DNA from: Lachnospiraceae bacterium
GTDB taxonomy: Bacteria > Bacillota > Clostridia > Lachnospirales > Lachnospiraceae
Direction of reading: 5' to 3'
Length of the DNA: 42,458 bases
Assembly: GCA_016288705.1 (NCBI GenBank)
Contig: JAEELB010000031.1
Span: 1-42,458, forward strand
The position numbers and the translations under genes were made by a program. The stretch's first letter is position 1; each line of letters opens with the position of its first letter. Below, in pieces: positions 35,611 to 42,458 of this stretch. The notes under the pieces are model-generated. The model searched no databases. It saw only the letters and a program-made list of their open reading frames with translations, and was not told the origin of the DNA.

Positions 35611-35747
35611 TTCCGTCCGTGTTATGTTCGGTATATCCCGTTTTTACTTGGCTCTTGTTTTCGTTCAAACTCTTTATCGGACACTATTTTAAAAAAATTA
35701 ACCTTTGGGACCGCAAAGAATATTTCAGGCAGTGACTGCTTACGATA

Positions 35748-36626
35748 TCACTTGTTGGGTTCCATGAGCTTGGTCACCTGGGCGGCTATATCCGGATCCA
35801 TTTCCGCAAGGATCTTCCCGCGGCTGTCGGAATCCATATTCTCAAGGATCTTTGCCACAAGATTCAGATTATTCGTCATCGTGTTAAATATCTCCGCCGC
35901 ATCTTTGGCCTTCATGGCGGAATAAGCCGCCACATATTCCTGCATTACGGAGCCCACCGCTTCCTTCTGGACCACCTGCTGGTAGATCCTGGCCGCGCTG
36001 TCCGGATCTATCGATTCATAGTATTTCTTGTATTCGGCGGGATTCGGGGCTTTGTCGCCGTAAACCACCTCGTTGTAATACTCATCCCTTATGGCTTCAA
36101 ACTCCACCTGGGAGCTCTCAAAAGTCCTGAGCCTGTCTATCTCCTCCTGAAGGGACGCTATCTGCTCCTTGCTGGCGTCATTCTGCTGCTGCATCTGCTG
36201 TATCTCAAGCTCCAGCTGTTTGATATAGGCCACGGCTTCCCTTGTGCTCTTGTAGCCTTCGTACTCCTCCGTCAGGCCTCCCGAAAGAGAATCGGAGGGG
36301 AGTATCTTATTTACCACGGGAATGTCGCCGATTATGGGGGCCAGGACATTTGAGCCGAACCCTCCCACATCAAGCTTTATCAGAAGGCAGACAATGACCA
36401 CCCAGATCAGGACTATGAAGAATGTGACCAGAACGACCGACAGGCCGCCGGGGCCTTCTTCCTCCGCAACCCGGTCCTCTCTCTCCTGGAGTTCCTTGGC
36501 TCTGGCCTTTGCAGCCTTCCTCTGCTCCTTCTGCTCCGCTTTGAGAGCCTTTCTCTGCTCCGCTATTTCTTTTTTTTCTGCTGCCGGATCGAATAATTCC
36601 GTATCCTTATTCGTCTTTTCTGCCAT
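35748..36626 (-). CDS. ylxF: YlxF/MotE-family flagellar protein (MgtE-N-like C-terminal domain).
   Basis: K/E-rich N-terminus, TM 'VVLVTFFIVLIWVVIVCLLI', coiled coil, C-terminal 'ENMDSDSRGKILAEMDPDIAAQVTKLM' (MgtE_N-like). Conserved position between fliJ and fliK. Confidence 0.7.
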   Translation of the reverse strand: MAEKTNKDTELFDPAAEKKEIAEQRKALKAEQKEQRKAAKARAKELQEREDRVAEEEGPGGLSVVLVTFFIVLIWVVIVCLLIKLDVGGFGSNVLAPIIGDIPVVNKILPSDSLSGGLTEEYEGYKSTREAVAYIKQLELEIQQMQQQNDASKEQIASLQEEIDRLRTFESSQVEFEAIRDEYYNEVVYGDKAPNPAEYKKYYESIDPDSAARIYQQVVQKEAVGSVMQEYVAAYSAMKAKDAAEIFNTMTNNLNLVAKILENMDSDSRGKILAEMDPDIAAQVTKLMEPNK

Positions 36627-36790
36627 CGACTGTCTCCCGACGCTCCCTTTCCCTCTTTGTCATCCGGATGCTCTTTCTCATGAGCTGTCCGTCTTACGCG
36701 CTGACTGTCTTATGCGCTGTCCGCGCAGGTTCTCTCCCTCGCTCTTTTGCCGTCTCACCCGGAATCAGGCTAAACTCTGTACCGGTTCCC

Positions 36791-37231
36791 TCAATTCTTC
36801 GAATGCGTGTAGCTTGTGAGTTCGTCCACCTGCCTGTGTTCTTCGGCTTCCTCCTCCTTCTGCCACTCCCTGAAGGCCTTCTCCCGCAGCTTCTCGTAGG
36901 TCTTTCTCTCCATCATGATATCCTGAAGCTTCTGCCGGACCCTTGCCACTTTGTCCTCCGCTCTCTTTACGTTCAGGAGCTGATTCTCTATCATTTCATC
37001 CATGATCTTCAGGGCATTGTCGCTGTCCCTGAGTTCTCTGGCAGTGACCGAACGGCTGCGCATTTCCCGCGCCTCTTCAAGGCAGGAGGCCCGCCTCTTT
37101 CTGAGAGCCGAAAGTTTCTCCTCCTGCTCTCTGAGTTCGCCCGCTGCCACGGCAAATTCCATCCTGGTCTGGCTCTCAAACTGTTTTTTTATATTCAGGA
37201 CACCCTGAAGTCTGTATTTAAATCTCGGCAT
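36791..37231 (-). CDS. fliJ: Flagellar export chaperone/stalk protein FliJ.
   Basis: 146 aa all-helical coiled coil, 'MPRFKYRLQGVLNIKKQFE...'. Immediately downstream of fliI. Confidence 0.8.
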   Translation of the reverse strand: MPRFKYRLQGVLNIKKQFESQTRMEFAVAAGELREQEEKLSALRKRRASCLEEAREMRSRSVTARELRDSDNALKIMDEMIENQLLNVKRAEDKVARVRQKLQDIMMERKTYEKLREKAFREWQKEEEAEEHRQVDELTSYTHSKN

Positions 37232-37328
37232 CTCTGCTCCAGCACGGATCCGGATCCTTTACCGGAACGCGTCTCTTTCCAACCGCCCGGGATGACAGCC
37301 CGCCGCAGCCGATCATGCTGACGGCCTT

Positions 37329-38663
37329 CTACTGATCCCCAATCCCGTCCGGATCGAAGATCATCTTCAGCTGTTCCTCTGTCTGCTCGTAATCCACCTT
37401 TTCCATCACGTCCTGGCAGAGATATCCGTTCACGGCGTCTATCTTCTCCATGGCGTAGTCGATGTCCCTGCTGGACCCCTTTTTGTAGGCGCCTATATCG
37501 ATCAGATCCTCTGCGTCATTATAGGTGGCCAGGACGTTTCTCAGCCTTCCCGCATATTTTTTGTGTTCCTTTGAAGCGATGGAACTCATGCACCTGGAAA
37601 TGCTCTGGAGAACATCGATAGCGGGATAATGATTTTTGTGGGCAAGAGCTCTGTTCAGCACGATATGGCCGTCCAGTATGCTCCTGGCGGTATCCGCTAT
37701 GGGTTCGTTCATGTCGTCTCCGTCCACAAGGACCGTATAGAGTCCGGTTATGGAGCCCTTGTCGTTTCTTCCCGCTCTTTCCAGGAGCTTCGGCATCTGC
37801 GAATAGACCGAAGGCGGATAGCCTCTGGACACGGGCGGCTCGCCGCTGGCAAGCCCGATCTCTCTCTGAGCCATGGAGAAACGGGTGAGGGAGTCCATCA
37901 TGAGGAGCACGTCCTTTCCCTGATCCCTGAAATACTCAGCCACGGCGGTTGCGGTCTTCGCGGCCTGTCTCCTTTCCAGAGCCGTCTTGTCGGAGGTGGC
38001 AATGATCACCACGCTCCTTCTCATGCCTTCCTCTCCAAGGTCCCGCTCGATAAACTCCCTGACTTCACGGCCGCGCTCCCCGATAAGTGCTATGACGTTG
38101 ATATCGGCTTTTGTGTTTCTGGCGAACATACCCATGAGAGTGGATTTCCCGACGCCGGATCCCGCGAAGATCCCTATTCTCTGTCCCTTCCCGACGGTAA
38201 TAAGACCGTCCACCGCCTTCACGCCGAGAGGAAGGACCTCATCGATGATAGCCCTCTTCATGGCGTCCGGGGCGTCCGCCTCAACGGGATACCGCTCACC
38301 GCTGAGTTCCCCCTTACCGTCGGACACTCTTCCGAGGCCGTCAAGGCTCCTTCCGAGGAGAGAGTCGCTCACGGTGACGGTCAGAGGCTCATTGGTGTTC
38401 TCAACGATGCAGCCCAGGCCTATCCCTTTTGTGTCCTCAAAGGGCATGAGCTGCGTCTTTTTGTCCTTGAAACCCACCACCTCGGCGCTTACAGGGGGCA
38501 ATTCCCGGTCTTCGGGAAAGATCCTGCACACATCACCGAGTTTTGCGACAGGCCCTCTGGACTCGATGGAAAGCCCGACGATATTTTCGATCCGCCCGAG
38601 GCTCCTGTACAGGGGGCGGGATCCGATCTCCGCATATTTTCCGAAGTCTATGGCTAATTCCAT
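37329..38663 (-). CDS. fliI: Flagellum-specific ATP synthase FliI.
   Basis: Walker A 'GIFAGSGVGKSTLMGM', F1/T3SS ATPase fold. 444 aa. Confidence 0.95.
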   Translation of the reverse strand: MELAIDFGKYAEIGSRPLYRSLGRIENIVGLSIESRGPVAKLGDVCRIFPEDRELPPVSAEVVGFKDKKTQLMPFEDTKGIGLGCIVENTNEPLTVTVSDSLLGRSLDGLGRVSDGKGELSGERYPVEADAPDAMKRAIIDEVLPLGVKAVDGLITVGKGQRIGIFAGSGVGKSTLMGMFARNTKADINVIALIGERGREVREFIERDLGEEGMRRSVVIIATSDKTALERRQAAKTATAVAEYFRDQGKDVLLMMDSLTRFSMAQREIGLASGEPPVSRGYPPSVYSQMPKLLERAGRNDKGSITGLYTVLVDGDDMNEPIADTARSILDGHIVLNRALAHKNHYPAIDVLQSISRCMSSIASKEHKKYAGRLRNVLATYNDAEDLIDIGAYKKGSSRDIDYAMEKIDAVNGYLCQDVMEKVDYEQTEEQLKMIFDPDGIGDQ

Positions 38664-38696
38664 CTCATCACTCCCGAGCCGCCGGCGGCCAGTTCC

Positions 38697-39608
38697 TCAG
38701 GTCCCCGCCAGTATCTTCAGCCTTGCGGTCAGTTCCTTAAGTTCCGTGTCTATCCCGCAGTCTATGATCCCGTCGTCATTCTCTATGAGCGCCTGGCCGC
38801 GGGACAGCGTGACATCCATGATGATGTCCACGGATGAGCCTTCACCGGCGGCCTCCCTCAGGGAATCCCTGTTCTCGGACACCGCCTCCCTGTCCTCCTC
38901 GGACACATGGATAATAAAATTCCTGCTGCTTTCCGAGTCGCGTAACGCAGTCCTCAAAAGCTGCAGCAGGATCTGACTGTGATCCGTTAGATCACAGGAA
39001 AAAACCCTCTCATAGACGGAAGTGATCACCTCCGCCATTTTAGGCTCCGCCTCCCTGAGTTTCCTGTCGTACTCCGCTTCCATTTCGGAAAGGCGGTCCT
39101 GATATTCTTGCTTCAGTCTCTCGCTCTCTTCGGCGAAAGCTTCCTGTCCTTCATTATATCCGCTCTCCCGGCCTTCCTGAAAGGCGTTTGAACGGATCTC
39201 TTCCGCTTCGTTCCCCGCTTCGTCCAGTATCCTCTGAGCTTCTTCCCTGGCTTCGGAAACTATCCTTTCAGCCTCCTCGGACGCTGCTTCCAGCGCTGCG
39301 GCCGCAGAGGCATCATCCATTCCGGGATCGACGTCCTCATACCCTTCTCCGCCGGCTTCACCCGCCTCCGGATCGGTCACAAGCTCCTGTAACCCCGGGA
39401 TCCCTTCGACAAAACCTTCTTCACCTTCAAAAGACCCGTTTTCCTGTTCTTCTCTCGCGGAAGCCCTGTTCCTTCTTTCCTCTTCCCTTCTCTTTTCTTT
39501 TTCCAGATTCGCCTGTATGAGTTCTTCCGCCCTCTGACGGGAATCTATCACAACCTTGTCCTGAGCTTTTACGCGGATCTCATACGATCTGTATACTGAA
39601 TTAGACAA
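38697..39608 (-). CDS. fliH: Flagellar assembly protein FliH.
   Basis: Acidic/coiled-coil N-terminal region with repeated 'EAEE..I...A.EEA..I' and C-terminal FliH domain. Overlaps the fliG end by 8 nt. Confidence 0.8.
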   Translation of the reverse strand: MSNSVYRSYEIRVKAQDKVVIDSRQRAEELIQANLEKEKRREEERRNRASAREEQENGSFEGEEGFVEGIPGLQELVTDPEAGEAGGEGYEDVDPGMDDASAAAALEAASEEAERIVSEAREEAQRILDEAGNEAEEIRSNAFQEGRESGYNEGQEAFAEESERLKQEYQDRLSEMEAEYDRKLREAEPKMAEVITSVYERVFSCDLTDHSQILLQLLRTALRDSESSRNFIIHVSEEDREAVSENRDSLREAAGEGSSVDIIMDVTLSRGQALIENDDGIIDCGIDTELKELTARLKILAGT

Positions 39609-40623
39609 CTATCTCGTCCCCGCCGCCTCTGGAAATGACGATCTCTCCGCCGTCCTCCAGCTTTCTGATGATATTGACGATCTTCTGCTGGGCTTCTTCC
39701 ACGTCCTTCATGCGGACAGGGCCCATGAAGTCCATATCCTCCTTGATCATGACAGCCAGACGCTTTGACAGGTTGTTGAAGATCGCGTTCTGCACTTCCT
39801 CGTTTGCCCCCTTAAGAGCCATGGCTATGTCGTCGTTGCCCACGTCACGCAGCACTCTCTGAATAGCCCTGTCGTCCAGAAGCAGGATATCTTCGAACAC
39901 GAACATCTTCTTTCTGATCTCGTCCGCCAGCTCCGGCTCTTCGATCTCGAGAGTCTCCATGATGTTCTTTTCAGTACCGCGGTCCACGGTATTAAGGATA
40001 TCCACGACTGAATCCACACCGCCTATGACCGTATAATCCTGGTTCACCAGGGATGACAGCTTTGATTCAAGCACTTTTTCCACTTCCTTTATGACGTCGG
40101 GACTCGTTCTGTCCATGACTGCTATTCGCCTGGTAACATCAGACTGCTTGTCCGGCGGGAGCGCGGAGATGATCAGAGCAGACTGCTGCGGCGAAAGATA
40201 AGCCAGGATAAGGGCTATGGTCTGAGGGTGCTCATCCTGGATAAAGTTGAGGAGCTGCGACGCATCCGTCTTTCTGGCAAATTCAAAAGGCTTGACCTGA
40301 AGGGATGCGGTGAGCTTTCCGATAACGTCTCTCGCCCTGTCCTCGCCAAAGGACTTTTCCAAAAGCTGTTTGGCGTAACTGATACCGCCCTCGGCAATGT
40401 ACTGCTGGGCAAGGCAAACACGATAAAACTCCTCCGTGACCTCTTCCTTCAACTGGGGAGTGATGCTCCTGGTGTTGGCGATCTCCAGAGTGAGTTCCTC
40501 TACCTCTTCATCCTTCAGGTGCTTGAATATCGCCGAAGACCTTTCGGGTCCCAACACGATCAGAAGGATAGCCGCCTTCTGAACACCGGAAAGTTCTGTT
40601 TTTTCTTCAGTAGCTCTGGCCAT
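39601..40623 (-). CDS. fliG: Flagellar motor switch protein FliG.
   Basis: 'LSGVQKAAILLIVLG', 'MFVFEDI' and C-terminal torque-helix region. 340 aa. Confidence 0.95.
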   Translation of the reverse strand: MARATEEKTELSGVQKAAILLIVLGPERSSAIFKHLKDEEVEELTLEIANTRSITPQLKEEVTEEFYRVCLAQQYIAEGGISYAKQLLEKSFGEDRARDVIGKLTASLQVKPFEFARKTDASQLLNFIQDEHPQTIALILAYLSPQQSALIISALPPDKQSDVTRRIAVMDRTSPDVIKEVEKVLESKLSSLVNQDYTVIGGVDSVVDILNTVDRGTEKNIMETLEIEEPELADEIRKKMFVFEDILLLDDRAIQRVLRDVGNDDIAMALKGANEEVQNAIFNNLSKRLAVMIKEDMDFMGPVRMKDVEEAQQKIVNIIRKLEDGGEIVISRGGGDEIVV

Positions 40624-40630
40624 TTAAGTT

Positions 40631-42244
40631 TCACCACCCATCTTCCGTAAGCCAGGTTCTCAAAAGGCCTGCGGCGAGTTCGGGATTGTTGTCGACAAAT
40701 TCACCTATGCGTTTCCTGGTCTCGGACTCTTCCTCGGCCTCAATTGCTTCAAGACTCTCTTCGGGAGTGGACTCGAGCAGGTTCTCAACAGAGATCTCCT
40801 CCTCTTCCTCCTCCTGTTTCTCGCCTCTCATGGACCGCAGCACCACAAACGCCAGCAGGCCGAGTATGACCACTATGAGAATGATCTGAATGATGTCCGT
40901 GGGAGACAGCGCTCCGCCTTCGGAATCGTAGAACACATTCTCCGTCCATGCCTGGAATCTGATATTCGATGCGGCTATCCCGGTCGCCTTGGCAACGGCG
41001 TCGATCATCTCATCGCTCACCGGAAGGCTTTCCCTCTCGGGCTGATTGGCCTTATACTGTGCCCAGGTCAAGCCGCCCGTAAGCTGGGCCTGAACGTCCG
41101 CGTCGTCCTCGTGGACCACATTGTACTTGATGGCGGAAACCGTCACCGAAGAAGAATCGTAATCGATCCTGCCGCCGTCGTCCACAGTCTTTATTATCTC
41201 TTCGTTGGGAAGATAATCATACTGATCTTCCGTAACGGTGGAGGTTGACTGGCCGTTGCTCTCCATAACGTAGCTGGTGTCGTTCTCGGTATTCGAGTCC
41301 GTGCCGGGGATGCCTCCCACGCCGGTGGTGTTGGTGGAAGCATACTGGTCGGAGTGGGCGTAAAGACCCTGGGTCATTCCCTCGGGGGCCGAATAGTTAT
41401 GGTTCGTGGTCTCAGTCGATGAAAAGATCAGATTGAGGTTCGGAGCCACCTCGACGGTATCGTAGTTATTAGTGGCCAGAAGAACCCTCTGGACGTCCTG
41501 CCTGACCCTGTTCTCAGCGTTGGTCTTGGCGGAAAGCTTGCTGGATGCGATCCCCGCGGTGGTGGACTCGTCGGCTCCGGAGAAGAGCATCTCGCCCTTG
41601 CTGTCCATGATCACGATGTTGTCCGTAGTGTCGTTCCCTATTGCGGTTGCCACGGCTCTGGCGAGGAACGCCGCATTGTCCGGTGAGAACTTCTCCCCCT
41701 CCTTTATGGTGAGAAGGATGCTGGCATAGGACTCCAGATCATTGGAAATAAGGGTCCCGTTGTCTTCGGGAATGGAAAGCTCCACATTGGCGCTCTTGAT
41801 CGCGTCAAACCTCTCGATGAAATCATTCTCGAGGCGGTTCTCCAGGTAAAGTATGTATTTCTTCTGTTTGTCCGATTCCGTGGTGGAAAGGGACGAGTTG
41901 GTCACATTGTCGATGCTGTAGGTCTCAGCCTGAATGTCATTTGCGCCCAAAAGCAGGCTGGCTTCGGCCTGCTGTTCCTCAAGGACCGAGAAGGTGAGGC
42001 CGTTGTCCGACATCTTGTAGGTTATGTTGTTTTCATCAAACAGGCTCTTGACGTTGGAAGCCTCGGCTGCGCTGTCGCTCAAATGGATTATGACGTAGGT
42101 GTCGCGTGTAAGCACAGCCACCAGAACGGCAATGCCTATGACAGCCATCACGGCGGCCGTCACTATGATCGCCTTCTGCCGGGCGGAGAACTTTCCCCAC
42201 CACTCCTGTATCCGTCTCAGCAATTCTCTTAATCTGTCAGCCAT
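40631..42244 (-). CDS. fliF: Flagellar MS-ring protein FliF.
   Basis: 'LRRIQEWWGKFSARQKAIIVTAAVMAVIGIAVLVAVL' N-terminal TM, C-terminal TM, and FliG-binding tail 'RIGEFVDNNPELAAGLLRTWL'. Start at the ATG of 'MADRLREL'. The track TTG extension (42295) has no ribosome-binding site and covers a repeat element. Confidence 0.9.
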   Translation of the reverse strand: MADRLRELLRRIQEWWGKFSARQKAIIVTAAVMAVIGIAVLVAVLTRDTYVIIHLSDSAAEASNVKSLFDENNITYKMSDNGLTFSVLEEQQAEASLLLGANDIQAETYSIDNVTNSSLSTTESDKQKKYILYLENRLENDFIERFDAIKSANVELSIPEDNGTLISNDLESYASILLTIKEGEKFSPDNAAFLARAVATAIGNDTTDNIVIMDSKGEMLFSGADESTTAGIASSKLSAKTNAENRVRQDVQRVLLATNNYDTVEVAPNLNLIFSSTETTNHNYSAPEGMTQGLYAHSDQYASTNTTGVGGIPGTDSNTENDTSYVMESNGQSTSTVTEDQYDYLPNEEIIKTVDDGGRIDYDSSSVTVSAIKYNVVHEDDADVQAQLTGGLTWAQYKANQPERESLPVSDEMIDAVAKATGIAASNIRFQAWTENVFYDSEGGALSPTDIIQIILIVVILGLLAFVVLRSMRGEKQEEEEEEISVENLLESTPEESLEAIEAEEESETRKRIGEFVDNNPELAAGLLRTWLTEDGW

Positions 42245-42290
42245 AAATAATAAAACCCCCGTTCGGTCTGAAAGGTCAGCCGTCCCTCGC

Positions 42291-42458
42291 CGCAAGCGCC
42301 GTTGTGTTCTTCTTTTTCAGCGATACACGGATTGCTCCGCAATCCTACGTACATTCGGAATCCGGCCTGTCGGCCTCCTTCCTCATGTCCGTTCGGCCGT
42401 CAAGGTCACGCTGCTCATTGCGCAAGCGCCGGTGTGTTCTTCTTTCCAAGCGATACAC
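42291..42458 (-). repeat. Pair of 38 nt imperfect direct repeats (34/38) spaced ~130 nt apart in the non-coding region upstream of fliF. The second copy is cut by the window edge.
   Basis: 'cgcaagcgccgttgtgttcttctttttcagcgatacac' (42291-42328) and 'cgcaagcgccggtgtgttcttctttccaagcgatacac' (42421-42458). Stops in all three minus-sense frames upstream of fliF. Confidence 0.6.

Noticed and set aside
42291-42458. The two 38 nt direct repeats upstream of fliF considered as a CRISPR array.
   Set aside because: Repeat period is ~130 nt, far longer than the 28-37 nt repeat plus 30-40 nt spacer of CRISPR. Copies are imperfect (4 mismatches). No cas genes or leader-like AT-rich region are present. More likely regulatory or dispersed repeats.
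1-42458. Mobile elements, prophage genes, tRNA/rRNA genes, toxin-antitoxin or defence islands.
   Set aside because: No integrase, transposase or recombinase-like ORFs, no inverted terminal repeats, no tRNA-like cloverleaf candidates in the few intergenic gaps. The window is conserved operon content plus housekeeping genes.

Overview
This 42.5 kb window is GC-rich (~55%) and Firmicutes/Clostridia-like. Coding is dense and almost all on the minus strand. Most of the window (about 6.9-42.3 kb) is one long, B. subtilis-type fla/che super-operon read from high to low coordinates: fliF-fliG-fliH-fliI-fliJ-ylxF(MotE-like)-fliK-flgD-flgE-flbD-motA-motB-fliL-fliM-fliY-cheY-fliO(fliZ)-fliP-fliQ-fliR-flhB-flhA-flhF-flhG-PilZ(YcgR-like)-cheB-cheA-cheW-cheC-cheD-[136 aa membrane protein]-sigD(fliA)-FapA(DUF342). 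It ends with a four-gene tail that is tightly or translationally coupled: a 100 aa highly charged protein, a 358 aa membrane-anchored protein with a C-terminal HTH (SwrB-like position), a 298 aa repeat-rich protein with an MltG-N-terminal-like module, and a RelQ-type small alarmone synthetase. The left 6.8 kb holds housekeeping/accessory genes: a partial DUF815 ATPase, an orphan cytoplasmic hybrid histidine kinase, pheA, a DUF5050 membrane protein, and pyrB-pyrI. I see no tRNA, rRNA, CRISPR array or mobile element. Second-look signals are mostly non-coding: paired CCGG hairpins with GGA loops in the flgE leader, stem-loops downstream of flgE, a tandem 40 nt repeat in the fliK leader, and a 38 nt direct repeat pair (period ~130 nt) in the non-coding region upstream of fliF that runs into the window edge. 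Also notable are intragenic tandem repeats in the 298 aa gene and a (PA)n-coding microsatellite in fliY. The most biologically novel candidate is the operon tail: a (p)ppGpp synthetase with only a 6 nt gap after uncharacterised sigD-downstream genes. Minus-strand coordinates follow the supplied ORF track. Where I chose an internal start, the position is within about 1 nt of my own base counting.
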